Below are positions 11,036-23,323 of a DNA stretch of 64,000 nucleotides, piece after piece. The stretch is from Squalus acanthias (Eukaryota): NCBI GenBank assembly GCA_030390025.1, contig CM059431.1, forward strand, positions 152,832,001 to 152,896,000. Reading direction: 5' to 3'. The position numbers and the translations under genes were made by a program. The notes below the pieces were generated by a model. It searched no databases. It saw only the letters and a list, made by a program, of their open reading frames with translations, and was not told the origin of the DNA. Numbering within the stretch: the stretch's first letter is position 1; the number at the start of each line of letters is the position of its first letter.

Positions 11036-13508
11036 TCTTTAAAAGGGTTCCCTGATGGTGAGACTCACTCTTAAAAAGGTTCACTGATGGTAAGACTCTC
11101 TTTAAAATGGCTCCCTGATAGAAACATTCCCTCTTTAAAATGTTCTCTGATGGTGAGATTCCCTCATTAAAAGTGCTCCCTGTCAGAAAGTTTCACTCTG
11201 TAAAAGTGATCCCCGATGGTAAGACTTCCTCTTTAAAAGTGATACCTGTTGGTGAAATCCCTCTTTAAATGGGCTCCCTGATAGAATGTTACCCTCTTTA
11301 AAGATTCTCTGTCGGTGAGACTTCCTGTTTAAAAGGTGTTACTGATGGCGATGCTCCCTCTTTAAAAGATGTCTCTGATGGCGAGACCATCTCTTTAAAA
11401 GATGTCCCTGATGGTGAGACACACTCTTTAAAAGTATTCCCTAATGGTGAGCATCTCTCTTTAAAACGGGTCCCTGATGTGGGAGACTCACTCATTAATA
11501 GGTGTCACAAATGCTGAAAAACCCTCTTTAAAAGGGGTCCCTGATATTGAGACTCGCTCTATTTACTAGGTCTCAATCATGGGGAGACTCTCTCTTTAAC
11601 ATTCTTCCCTGATGCAGAAACACCCTCTTTAAAAGGTGTCCCTGAGGGTGATATTCACTCTTTAATATTACCTGATGATGAAACACCATCTTTAAAATAG
11701 GTCCCTGATAGAAAGACGCCCTCTTTAAAAGGGGTCCCCGATAGAAAGACTCTATCTTTAAAATGGGTCCCCGAGGGAGGCACTCCCTCTTTAAATGTGC
11801 TCTCTGATAGAAAGACGCCCTCTTTAAAAGGGGTCCTTGATAGAATAACGCTCTCTTTAAAATGGATACCCGAGGTTGAGACTCCACTTTAAAAGGGGAA
11901 CCTGATAGAAAGACGCCCTCTTTAAAATGGGTCCCTGATAGAAAGACTCTCTCTTTAAAAGGGGTCCCTGATGGTGAGACTCCCTCTTTAAAAGGCGTCA
12001 CAGGCGGTTAGGCTGCCCCTTTAAAAGGGGTCCCTGATACAAAAACTCTCTCTTTAAAATGGGACCCTGATGGCGAAACTCTATCTTTAATAGGGGTCCC
12101 TGATGGGGAGACTGCCTCTTTAAAAGATGTCGCTGTTGGTGAGATTCCCTCTCTAATAGGAGTCCCTGATGCTTAAAAAACACCATCTTTAAAAGGGGTC
12201 CCTGATAGAAAGACACCTTCTTTAAAAGGGGTTCCTGATAGAAAGGCTCTCTCTTTAAAATGGTACCTTGATGGTGAGACTCGCTCTTTAAAAGGGTCCC
12301 TAATGGTGAGACACCCTCTTTAAAAGGGGTCCCTGATGCTATGCCCCTTTAAAAGGGGACCCTAATAGGTAGACTCTCTCATTAAAAATGCTCCCTGATA
12401 GAAAGAAACTCTCTTTAAAAAGTGACCCCGAGGTTGAGACTCCCTCTAAAAAAGGGACACCTGAATTTGAGACATCCTCTTTAAAAGGGGTCCTTGATGG
12501 TGAAACTCCCTCGTTAAAAGGAACCTCTATTGGTGAGACGCACTCTTTAATAGGGATCTCTGATGGTAAGACTCACTTTAAAAGGGATCCCTGATAGAAA
12601 GACTTCCTCTTTAAAAGGGGACCCTGATGGCGAAACTCTCTCATTAAAAGGGGTCCCTGATGGTGAGAATGCCTCGTTAAAAGGGGTCTCTGATTTTGAG
12701 ACTCCTTCTTTAAAAGGGGTCCCTGATGGTGAGACTCCCTCTTTAAAAGGGGTCCATTAAAGATAGACTCTCTCTTTAAAAGGGTTCCCTGATGGTGAGT
12801 CTCCCTCTTTAAAAGGGGTCCCTAATGGCGAGACATCCCTTTAAAAGGGATCCCTGATAGAAAAACTCTCTCTTTAAAAGGGGTCCCTGATGGTGCGACT
12901 CACTCATTAAAATGTGTCCCTGATGTTGAGCTGCCCTCTTTAAAGGATGTCCGTAATGGGGAGACTCTCTTTAAAAAGCTCCCTGATAGAAATAAGCCGT
13001 TTTAAAAGTGTCTCTGATTGTGAGACACTCTCTTTAAAAGGGGTCCCTGATGGTGAGAAACCCTCTTTAAAAGGGGTCCCTGAGTGTGGGAGTCCCTCTT
13101 TAAAATTAATCCCTGATGGTGAGATTCACTCTTTAAAAGGGGTTCCCCAAAGAAGGACTCCATCTTTAAAAGGGAACCCTGTTTAAAAGGGGTCCCTGAT
13201 GGGGAGGCTGCCTCTTTAAAAGGCGTCCCTGTTGGTTAGACTACCTCTGTAATAGTAGTCCCTCAAGCTAAAACACCCTCTTTAAAAGGGGTCCCTGATA
13301 GAAATACACACTCTTTAAAATGGGTCGCTGATATTAATGCTCTCTCTTTAAAAGGGGTCCCTGATGGTGAGGCTGCCTCTTTAAAAGGGTTCCCTGATAG
13401 CAAGACGCCCTCTTTAAAAGGGGTCCCTGATAGAATGACGCTCTCTTTAAAATGGGTCCCCGAGTGTGAGACTGCCTCTTTAAAATGGGTCCCTGATAGA
13501 AAGACACT

Positions 13509-14273
13509 GGCCCGAAAATTAGACCTAATACGGGAGATTACGTACTGTGTGCTCTCGCGTATTAGGTCCCGAAGTGCCGGTTTCCTGCATGCACTGCGGA
13601 TGCGCGGGAAACCGGCACTTCGGGTATTGCGAAGGGGGCGGTTCCTAAGTGAATTGCGTGCGCGCTACAGGTTGTGCACATGCAGCGCAGTTAGATTTTT
13701 TTTCAGGTTTGAACGCGCAGGTAAGTGTTGAAGATTTTACACATAATGAAAGCAGGCGTAAGACCCACATTTAACAAGGTAAGTAGCTAATTAAGTTTTA
13801 TTTTAAATTTTTTTAAACAGGTTTATATTTTTTAGAGACTTTAAAGAAAGGTAAGTTTATTTTTATAACTTTTAAAAAGAATTTAATTTTTTTCAAATAT
13901 TTAAATTTTTGTTTAAAGTGGTTAATTTATTTAACTATAGTTATTTTATTAATGTGATGGCTTTTTTTAAATTTAATTGAGGTTTAGCTGTTCTTTTGGG
14001 GGCTTGTTGTATTCATAGTTTTGACAGCTCTTGCTGTCAAAAGTATGAATGAAAGATGGTGTGCTGCCATTGGCTCTAACTGGCCCACGTGATACCAGAG
14101 GTAGCATCGAACTAACTGCGCCTCTGGGACACGCACACACTGCGCACCAGAACCAGGGGGAGGCCCAGGAACTGAAGTTCGTGTGGGCCAAAAACCATAA
14201 GGGTAGGCATGGAGTGCGATATCGCGGGGGATCCTTACACCCGCGGCAACCATCGAAGTCCAATTTCTGGGCC
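13509..14273. mobile_element. Non-autonomous Harbinger-type MITE (765 bp)
   Basis: TIRs GGCCCGAAAATTAGAC / GTCCAATTTCTGGGCC; 3-bp TSD ACT (13506-13508 and 14274-14276); internal palindrome AAGTGCCGGTTTCCTGCATGCA...TGCGCGGGAAACCGGCACTT; AT-rich core; no transposase. Confidence 0.88.
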
Positions 14274-15314
14274 ACTATCATTAAATGTGATTGCTGATGT
14301 TGAGACTCCCTCTTTAAAACGGATCCCTGATGGTGACACACCCCCTTTAAAAGGGGTCCCTGATAGAGACTCTCTCTTTAAAAGGGGTCCCTGATGGTGG
14401 GAATTCCTCTTTAAAAGTGTCTCTGTTGGTGAGACTCCCTGTTTCAAAGGGGTCCCTGGTGGAGAGACTCTCTCATTAAAAATCTTCCCTGACGGAGATA
14501 CACCCTCTTTAAAAGGGGTCCCTGATTGTGAGACTCCTTTTAAAGTGGGAGTTTCAACATCAGGGACATATTTTAATGAGAGAATCTCCCCATTAGGGAT
14601 CCCTTTTAAAGAGGGAGTCTCACAATCAGAGACCCTTTTAAAGAGGGAATCTTTCTATTAGGGACCCCTTTTAAAGAGGGCGTCTTTCTATCATAGAGCC
14701 TTTTTAAAGAGAGTCTCCCCATTACGGACCCCTTTTAAGAGGGAATCTCACCATCTGGGACACATCTTAAATAGGGTGTTTCAGCATCAAAGTCTCTTAT
14801 CAAAGAGTGCATCTCCCCCATCAGGGACGCCTTTTATAGAGAGACTCTCGACATCAAGGACCCCTTTTAAAGAGGGAGTCTCATCATCAAGAACCCCTTT
14901 CAAATAGGGTTGTTTCAGCTCTTTAAAAGGGTTCCCTGATGATGAGACTCACTCTTAAAAAGGGTTCCCTGATGGTAAGACTCTCTTTCAAATGGCTCCC
15001 TGATAGAAACATTCCCTCTTTAAAATGTTCTCTGATGGTGATATTCCCTCATTAAAAGTGCTCCCTGTCAGAAAGTTTCACTCTTTAAAAGGGATCCCTG
15101 ATGGTAAGACTTCCTCTTTAAAAGTGATACCTGATGGTGAAACTCCCTGATAGAAAGTTGGCCTCTTTAAAGATTCTCTGATGGTGAGACTACCTGTTTA
15201 AAAGGTGTCACTGATGGTGATGCTCCCTCTTTAAAATATGTCCCTGATGGCGAGACCCTCTCTTTAAAAGATGTCCCTGATTGTGAGACACTCTCTTTAA
15301 AAGTATTCCCTAAT
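14274..15314 (+). repeat. 33-bp satellite (segment 3) with inverted block copy 2 at ~14536-14919
   Basis: Near-copy of ~10500-11455. Confidence 0.95.
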
Positions 15315-15550
15315 AAAAACATAAGAACATAAGAAATAGGAGCAGGAGTAGGCCAATCGGCCCCTCGAGCCTGATCCGCCATTCAATAAGATCATGGCTG
15401 ATCTGATCCTAACCGCCAATCTACTATCTATCACAGAACCATCTCCTGCATCTAACAGAATTGCACACACGAAATAGGAGCAGAATCAGGCTACACGGTC
15501 CCTGGGCCCGCTCCACTACCCACAGGGCCATGACCGATCCGAACCTAGAC

Positions 15551-18427
15551 TCATGTCCAAATTCCTGCCCGCTCCCCGTAACCCTTAATGCCCTTTACTT
15601 CTAGGAAACTGTCTATTTCTGTTTTAAATTTATTTAATGATGTAGCTTCTACAGCTTTTTGTGGCAGCATATTCCATGGACCTACCACCCTCTGAGTGAA
15701 GTAGTTCCTCCTCATCTCAGTTTTGAAAGGGCAGCCCCTTATTCTAAGACTATGTCCCCTAGTTCTAGTCTCACCCGTCATCGGGAACATCCTCCCCGCA
15801 TCCACCCGATCCAACCCCTTCACAATCTTATATGTTTCAATAAGATCGCCTCTCATTCTTCTGAACTCCAATGAGTAGAGTCCCAATCTACCCAACCTCT
15901 CCTCATATGACCACCCCCTCATCCCCGGGATTAACCGAGTGAACCTTTTTTGCACTGCCTCGAGAGCAAGGATGTCTTTCCTTAAGTAAGGACACCAAAA
16001 CTGTATGCAGTATTCCAGGTGCGGTCTCACCAATACCTTGTACATCTGAAGCAATACCTCCCTATTTTTATATTCTATCCCCCTAGCAATGAAAGCCAAC
16101 ATTCCATTTGCCTTCTTAATCACTTGCTGCACCTGCATACTAACCTTTTGAGTTTCGTCCACCAGGACCCCCAGATCCCTTTGCACTTCAGTACTCTCCA
16201 GTTTCTTGCCATTAAGATAATAAATTGCTCTAGGATTTTTCCTGCCAAAGTGCATCACCTCACACTTTCCAGTGTTGTATTCCATCTGCCAAATCTCTGC
16301 CCACTTACTTAGCCTGTCTATGTCCCCTTGCAGGTTTTTTATGTCCTCCGCACTCACTACTTTCCCTCCCATCTTTGTATCATCTGCAAATTTTGATATG
16401 TTACACTTGGTCCCTTCCTCCAAATCGTTAATATAGATTGTAAAGAGTTGCGGACCCAGCACTGACCCCTGTGGAACACCACTAGTTACTGATTGCCAGT
16501 CTGAGAATGAACCATTTATCCCAACACTTTGCTTTCTGTTAGATAGCCAATCCTCTATCCATGCCAGAATATTACCCCCCATCCCGTGATTTTTTACCAT
16601 AAGCAATAATCTTTTGTGTGGCACCTTGTCAAATGCCTTTTGGAAGTCTAAATACACTACGTCCACTGGTTCCCCTTTATCCACTCTATATGTTACTTCC
16701 TCAAAGAACTCCAGCATATTTGTCAAACATGACTTCCCCTTCGTAAAACCATGCTGACTTTGTCCTATTAAATTATGATTATCCAAATGTCCTGTTACTG
16801 TTTCCTTAATAATGGACTCCAAAATTTTACCTACCACATATGTTAGGCTAACCAGTCTATAGTTACCAGCCTTCTGTCTACTGCCCTTTTTAAATAAGGG
16901 TGTTAAATTAGCAGTTTTCCAGTCTGCCGGGACCTTAGCGGAATCCAGGGAGTTTTGAAAAATTATTACCAATGAATCTACAATCCCTACCGCCACTTCC
17001 TTCAAGACTCTAGGATGTAAGCCATCAGGTCCAGGTGATTTATCCGCCTTGAGTCCCATTATTTTACCGAGTACCACTTCCTTAGTGATTTTGATCGTGT
17101 TTAGCTCCTCTCCCCCTATAGCCCCCTGTTTGTCCAGTGTTGGGATATTCTTAGTGTCCTCTACTGTAAAGACTGATACAAAATATTCATTCAGTGTTTT
17201 TGCCATCTCCATATTTCCCACCATTATTTTCCCGGTCTCTTCCTCTAAGGGACCAACATTTACTTTAGCCACCCTTTTTCTTTTTATATAACTATAAAAA
17301 CTCTTACTATCTGTTTTTATATTTTTTGCTAATTTACTTTCATAATCTATCTTCCCTTTCTTAATCAATCTTTTTGTTATTTTTTGCTGCCTTTTAAAGT
17401 TTTCCCAATCCTCTGTCCTCCCACTAGATTTTGCTACCTTATATGCCCTTGTTTTTAGTCGAATACTATCCTTAATTTCTTTACTTAGCCACGGATGACT
17501 GTCCTTTCTTTTACACCCTTTTCTTTTCAGTGGAATATATATTTTTTGGAAGTTGTAAAATAACTCCTTGAATGTACACCACTGATCATGTGTCGTCTTA
17601 CCCTTTAATCTATTTTCCCAATCCACTCTACTCAATTCCGCTCGCATACCTTCATAGTCTCCTTTATTCAAGCTTAGCACGCTTGTTTGAGATCCAACCT
17701 TCTCACCCTCTAATTGAATATGGAATTCAACCATGTTATGGTCACTCATTCCAAGGGGATCCTTTACTAGGACATTTTTAATTAATCCTGTCTCGTTACA
17801 CAGGACCAGATCTAAGGTTGCTTGCCCCCTGGTCGGTTCAGTTACATACTGCTCAAGAAACCCATCCCTAATACACGCAATGAATTCATCCTCAAGGCAG
17901 CCCTGCCCCATTTGATTTGTCCAATTAATATGATAGTTAAAATCCCCCATAATTATAGATGTTCCCTTATTACATGCCTCAACTATTTCCTGATTGATAC
18001 TCCGTCCAACAGAGTTGCAACTGTTCGGAGGCCTATAGACTACGCCCACTAGTGTTTTTTTCCCCTTATTATTCCTTATCTCCACCCAAACTGTTTCATT
18101 ATCATGATTTTTTGACCCAATATCATTACTCTGTATTACAGTGATTCCTTCCTTTATTAACATAGCCACCGCACCTCCCCTTCCTTCCTGCCTGTCCTTC
18201 CTGATCGTTAAATAACCTGGTATGTTTAATTCCCAGGCATTGTCACCCTGCAGCCATGTTTCTGTAATGGCCACAATATCATAACCATATGTAGGTATTT
18301 GTGCCATCAACTCGTCTTTTTTGTTACGAATGCTACGTGCATTCAGATAGAGAACTTTCAAATATGCTTTGTGGCACTTAGTTCCTGCTTTTTCACTTTT
18401 TACCACTTTACCTTTTACTCCACACAC
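15551..18427 (-). CDS. CR1 ORF2: AP endonuclease plus reverse transcriptase, 958 aa, uninterrupted
   Basis: LYLNARS, ITETW, GDFN, SDH (APE); KSPGPDG, YLDFQKAFD, GVPQGSVLGP, FADD (RT). Confidence 0.96.
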   Translation of the reverse strand: MCGVKGKVVKSEKAGTKCHKAYLKVLYLNARSIRNKKDELMAQIPTYGYDIVAITETWLQGDNAWELNIPGYLTIRKDRQEGRGGAVAMLIKEGITVIQSNDIGSKNHDNETVWVEIRNNKGKKTLVGVVYRPPNSCNSVGRSINQEIVEACNKGTSIIMGDFNYHINWTNQMGQGCLEDEFIACIRDGFLEQYVTEPTRGQATLDLVLCNETGLIKNVLVKDPLGMSDHNMVEFHIQLEGEKVGSQTSVLSLNKGDYEGMRAELSRVDWENRLKGKTTHDQWCTFKELFYNFQKIYIPLKRKGCKRKDSHPWLSKEIKDSIRLKTRAYKVAKSSGRTEDWENFKRQQKITKRLIKKGKIDYESKLAKNIKTDSKSFYSYIKRKRVAKVNVGPLEEETGKIMVGNMEMAKTLNEYFVSVFTVEDTKNIPTLDKQGAIGGEELNTIKITKEVVLGKIMGLKADKSPGPDGLHPRVLKEVAVGIVDSLVIIFQNSLDSAKVPADWKTANLTPLFKKGSRQKAGNYRLVSLTYVVGKILESIIKETVTGHLDNHNLIGQSQHGFTKGKSCLTNMLEFFEEVTYRVDKGEPVDVVYLDFQKAFDKVPHKRLLLMVKNHGMGGNILAWIEDWLSNRKQSVGINGSFSDWQSVTSGVPQGSVLGPQLFTIYINDLEEGTKCNISKFADDTKMGGKVVSAEDIKNLQGDIDRLSKWAEIWQMEYNTGKCEVMHFGRKNPRAIYYLNGKKLESTEVQRDLGVLVDETQKVSMQVQQVIKKANGMLAFIARGIEYKNREVLLQMYKVLVRPHLEYCIQFWCPYLRKDILALEAVQKRFTRLIPGMRGWSYEERLGRLGLYSLEFRRMRGDLIETYKIVKGLDRVDAGRMFPMTGETRTRGHSLRIRGCPFKTEMRRNYFTQRVVGPWNMLPQKAVEATSLNKFKTEIDSFLEVKGIKGYGERAGIWT

Positions 18428-18539
18428 TCTGTCCCTTTATGCCACGCTCTGATTTGTGATTCCCCTACTGCTACCTATGTCTATGACCCTCTCTGTTGTC
18501 ATTTTTATTTTTTGCTCTCTTGAAACCTCCCCCCCACTA

Positions 18540-19496
18540 ATTAGTTTAAAGCCCTCTCCACAGCCCTAGTTATTCGATTCGCCAGGACTCTAGTCCCACA
18601 CTGGCCAAGTGAAGTCTGTCCCAACGGAACAGCTCTCTCCTGCCCCAGTACTGGTGCCAGTGTCCCAAGAAGCAAAACCCATTTTTACCACACCAGTCTT
18701 TGAGCCACGCATTCAACTCCCTGATTTTATTTACCCTAGCCAAATTTGCTCGTGGCTCAGGTAGTAATCCAGAGATTATTACCCTCGAGGTTCTGCTTTT
18801 TAATTTGTCCCCTAGCTGCTCAAACTCCCTCAGCAGAACCTCTTTCCTTGTCCTATCTATGTCATTGGTACCAACATGGACCACGACAACTGGATCCTCC
18901 CCCTCCCACTCCAAGTTTCTCTCCAGCCCAGAGGAGATGTCCTTAACCCTGGCACCGGGCAGGCAACACAGCCTTCGGGACTCTCGCTCTTGGCTGCAAA
19001 GAACCCTATCTATCCCCCTAATGATACTATCCCCTACCACTACAACATTTCTTTTTACTCCCCCCACTTGAATGGCCCCCCCTACCACGGTGCTGTGGCC
19101 AGGTTGCTCATCCTCCCTGCAGTCTCCGCTCCTATCCACACAGGGAGTAAGAGCCTCGAACCTGTTGGACAAGAGCAAGGGCTGCGGCTCCTCCAACACT
19201 ACCTCCTGGATCCCTGTAACTGCCTCACTCGTAGTCACACCTTCCTGTCCCTGACCACGGGCTACTTCTGAATTAGTTACTCTAATTGGTGTGACTACCT
19301 CCTGAAACACGGAGTCCAGGTAACTCTCCCCCTCCCTGATGTGTCGCAGTGTTTGAAGCTCGGACTCCAGCTCATCAACACAGAGCCGGAATTCCTCGAG
19401 CAGCCAACACTTACTGCAATTGTGTTCACCGTGAACATCAATGGTGTCCACCAGCTCCCACATATTGCAGCAGTAACACATCACCTGCTCTCCCAT
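18540..19496 (-). CDS. CR1 ORF1: zinc finger/leucine zipper plus SGNH esterase, with a 1-bp deletion near the C-terminus
   Basis: CxxC...CxxC, heptad LCVDELESELQTL, GDS, HVGTND, DRLH; reads AGTGTGGGACT at ~18600 versus AGTGCTGGGACT in the related copy at ~60130. Confidence 0.9.
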
Positions 19497-19711
19497 TCTA
19501 TGTAATTAATTAAAATTTATTATTTACCCTTCAGTTAATTTATGCCAGCAGTCTCCGCTACACCACAGATACCCGAGAAACTATAAACTATGGAATTGAA
19601 GTTTTGTATAAAAAAAAGAGAAATACTCACCAACCAATCACTTACCTGCTTTCTGGTGACGTCACACTTCGATTATTTTTTACCTCTCTCCTGCTCTCGG
19701 CTTGGTGAAAA

Positions 19712-19934
19712 CCTACCTGGTCGCTGCCGCCTTTTACCGCCGCCGCCTCGCCGCTGTTGCTCCACCCAGGTCCGCCGCCTCTGTGGGCCTACCTGGTCGC
19801 TGCCGCCTTTTACCGCCGCCGCCTCGCCGCTGTTGCTCCACCCAGGTCCGCCGCCTCTGTGGGCCTACCTGGTCGCTGCCGCCTTTTACCGCCGCCGCCT
19901 CGCCGCTGTTGCTCCACCCAGGTCCGCCGCCTCT
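19712..19934 (-). repeat. 76-bp x~3 GC-rich monomers at the CR1 5' end (putative internal promoter)
   Basis: Identical units start at 19712, 19788 and 19864; CRE palindrome TGACGTCA at ~19657 lies just inside. Confidence 0.9.
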
Positions 19935-22670
19935 GGGGAGCATCTCTCTTTAAAACGGGTCCCTGATGTGGGATTTTCGCTCTTTAATAGGAGTCACAAA
20001 TGCTGAAAAACCCTCTTTAAAAGGGGTCCCTGATATTGAGACTCACTCTTTTTACTAGGTCTCAATCATGGGGAGATTCTCTCTTTAAAATTCTTCCCTG
20101 ATGCAGAAACACCATCTTTAAAAGGTGTCCCTGAGGGTGAGACTCACTCTTTAATATTACCTGATGATGAAACACCATCTTTAAAATGGGTCCCTGATAG
20201 AAAGACGCACTGTTTAAAAGGGGTCCCCGATAGAAAGACTCTATCTTTAAAATGGGTCCCCGAGGGAGGGACTCCCTCTTTAAAAGTGCTCTCTGCTAGA
20301 AAGACGCCCTCTTTAAAAGGGGTCCTTGATAGAATAACGCTCTCTTTAAAATGGATACCCGAGGTTGAGACTGCATCTTCAAAATGTGTCCCTGATAGAA
20401 AGACTCTCACTTTAAAAGGGATCCCTGATGGTGGGACACCCTCTTTAAAAGGGGTCCCTGATGGTAAGACTCCCTCTTTAAAAGGGTTCCCTGATGGTGA
20501 GACTCCGTCTTTAATAGGAATCGCTGATGCTTAAACATCCTCTTTAAAAGTGAATGCAGATGTCAAGACTGCCTCCTTAAACGATGTCCCTGATGGTGAG
20601 ACTCCTCTTTAAAAGGGGAACCTGATAGAAAGACGTCCTCTTTGAAATGGGTCCCTGATAGAAAGACGCCCTCTTTAAATTGGGACCCTGATAGAAAGAC
20701 GCCCTCTTTAAAAGGGGTCCCCGATAGAAAGACTCTATCTTTAAAATGGGTCCCCGAGGGAGGGATTCCCCCCTTAAAAGTGCTCCCTGTCAGAATGTTT
20801 CACTCTTTAAAAGGGATCCCTGATGGTAAGACTTCCTCTTTAAAATTGTCCCTGATGGTGAAACTCCCTCTTTAAAAGGGCTCCCTGATAGAAAGTTACC
20901 CTCTTTAATGATTCTCTGACGGTGAGACTGCCTTTTTAAAAGGTGTCACTAATGGCGATGCTCCCTCTTTAAAAGATGTCCCTGATGGCGAGACCCTCTC
21001 CTTACAAGATGTACCTGATGCTGAGACACTCTCTTTAAAAGTATTCCCTAATGGTGAGCATTTCTCTTGAAAACGGGTCCCTGATGTGGGAGACTCACTC
21101 TTTAATAGGAGTCACAAATGCTGAAAACCCCTCTTTAAACGGGGTCCCTGATATCGAGACTCACTCTTTTTACTAGGTCTCAATCATGGGGAGACTCTCT
21201 CTTTAAAATTCTTCCCTGATGCAGAAACACCCTCCTTAAAAGGGATCCTTGATAGAATAACGCAATCTTTAAAACGGATACCCGTGCTTTTAGACTGCAT
21301 ATTTAAAATGGGTCCCTGATAGAAAGACTCTCTCCTTAAAAGGGGTCCCTGATGCTGAGACTCCCTCTTTAAAAGTCGTCCCAGACGGTGAGGCTGCCCC
21401 TTTAAAAGGGGTCCCTGATACAAAAACTCTCTCTTGACAATGGGACCCTGATGGCGAAACTCTGTCTTTAAAAGGGGTCCCTGATGGGGAGACTGCCTCT
21501 TTAAAAGATGTCGCTGTTGGTGAGATTCCATCTGTAATAGGAGTCCCTGATGCTAAAAAAAAATCCTCTTTAAAAGGGGTCCCTGTTGGAAAGACACCTT
21601 CTTTAAAAGGGGTTCCTGATGGTGAGACTCGCTCTTTAAAAGGGTCCCTAATGGTGAGACACCCTCTTTAAAAGGGGTCCCTGATGGTGAGACTCCCTCT
21701 TTAATAGGGTTACATAATGGGGAAAATCTCTCGTTTAAAAGGTGTCCCTTATGGTGAGAATCCCTCTTTAAAGGCATCCCTGAGTGTGAGACTCCCTCTT
21801 TAAAAAAGATCCCTGATATTAAGATTCTCTTTAAAAGGGTTCCCTGAAAGAAAGTCTCCCTCTTTAAAAGGGGTCTCTGATGGTGAGACTCTCTTTAAGT
21901 TGGGCTCCCTGATAGAAAGACTCCCTCTTTAATAGGGTTACCAAATGGGGAGACTCTCTCGTTTAAAAGGGGTCCCTGATATTGAGACTCCCTCTTTAAA
22001 AGTGTCTCTGATAGTGAAACTCTCTCTTTAAAAGGACTCACTGATAGATGGACTCCCCATTTAAAAGGGGTCCCTGATGGTGAGACTCACTCTTTAAAAG
22101 GAGACCGTGATGGAGAGAATCCCTCGGTAAAATGGTCTCTGATATTGAGACTCCCTCATTAAAAGGGGTCTCTGATGGTAAGACTCTCTTTAAAAGGGTT
22201 CCCTGAGAGAAAGACTCCCTCTTTAAAAGGGTCTCTGATGATTAGACTCCCTCTTTAAATGGGCTCCCTCATAGAAAGACTTCCTCTTTAAAAGGGATCA
22301 CTGATGCTGAGACTCACTCTTCAAAAGAGCTCCCTGAGATAAATATTCCCTCTTGAAAATGGATCCTGATGGTGAGACACCCTCTTTAAAATGTGTCCAT
22401 GAAGGGGATTATCCCTCTTTAAAAGGGGTACCCGATGGTGCGACTGTCTCTTTAATTTGGGTCTCTGATGGGGAGACTGCCTCTTTAAATGGACTCCCTC
22501 CTGTAAAGACTCCCTGTTTAAAAGGGGTCCCTGATGTGAGACTCCCTCTTTAAAACAGGTCCCTGATGGTCAGACTTCCTGTTTAAAACGTGTCGTGATG
22601 GTGAGGCTCTCTCTTTAAAAGAGGTCCCTGATGAAGACACACCCTCTTTACAAGGGATCCCCGATGGAGA
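19935..22670 (+). repeat. 33-bp satellite (segment 4)
   Basis: Same monomer; parts duplicate 11170-12320. Confidence 0.96.
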
Positions 22671-23323
22671 AACAGAGTGTTAATCTGCGAGTTTGATGAG
22701 TGAGGGAGTAAATCTTAAAGGTTAATCTCTTAATTTTATAAATTCTAGTCTTATGTGCTTGCAATTAACATTAAAATTTACTGTTTCAAGTTTTAAGTTT
22801 CTTCAAGGCTTGGGCAGGGCTAATCAATCACTGTGCTGGAGAGCAGGTGAGTGTAATTAATTAATTAAGTGGTCCAATCTGGTTCTGTCACTGCCAGAGA
22901 GCTCACTTATGTAAATCTCAGCATTATAAATAAGGGAGGCTAGAGTGTAGTTCGTCACGAATTGCAGATCGGAACAGAGTGTTATGCTGCGAGTTTGGTG
23001 AGTGAGGGAGTTCGGGGAGGGAGGTGTTCCTTTCTTTTTCCATCTTTGTCAGCTTCCAGGAGAGCAAGAGCTAAAACGCTGCACAAGGCGGGACAGAGAA
23101 CAAGCAGTGAGTATTTCTACTGTCTTTCTACATTCCAGTCATTAAAGTAAAAGTAAGGTCTCTAGTTTAGAGTAAGTAGTGTTTAAAGGGAGGTAAGGTC
23201 CATCGTGTATTTAATATTATTTGATTTAAAGGGAGTAAATTAAGGGTAGGACATGGCAGGGCAGCTCGGCAGTCTGGAGTGCTCCTCCTGCGCTCTGTTT
23301 ATAGTCAGGGACACTATGACTCC
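22671..23323 (+). mobile_element. 5' fragment of a CR1 LINE (5'UTR plus first ~23 codons of ORF1)
   Basis: ATG at 23253 gives MAGQLGSLECSSCALF (CxxC start typical of CR1 ORF1); leader ACAGAGTGTTA...GAGTGAGGGAG repeated at 22672 and 22974; TATAAA at 22925. Confidence 0.7.

Larger units (their letters stand above)
5486..13508 (+). repeat. 33-bp satellite array (segment 2), containing a CR1 tail and an inverted block
   Basis: Same monomer throughout. Confidence 0.97.
15315..19934 (-). mobile_element. Full-length CR1-clade LINE (HER1-like)
   Basis: 5'UTR monomers, esterase ORF1, APE-RT ORF2, 3' stem-loop and (TTCTTATG)n tail; flanks CCTAAT|GGGGAGCATC rejoin to match the empty site at ~11450-11465. 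Confidence 0.96.
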
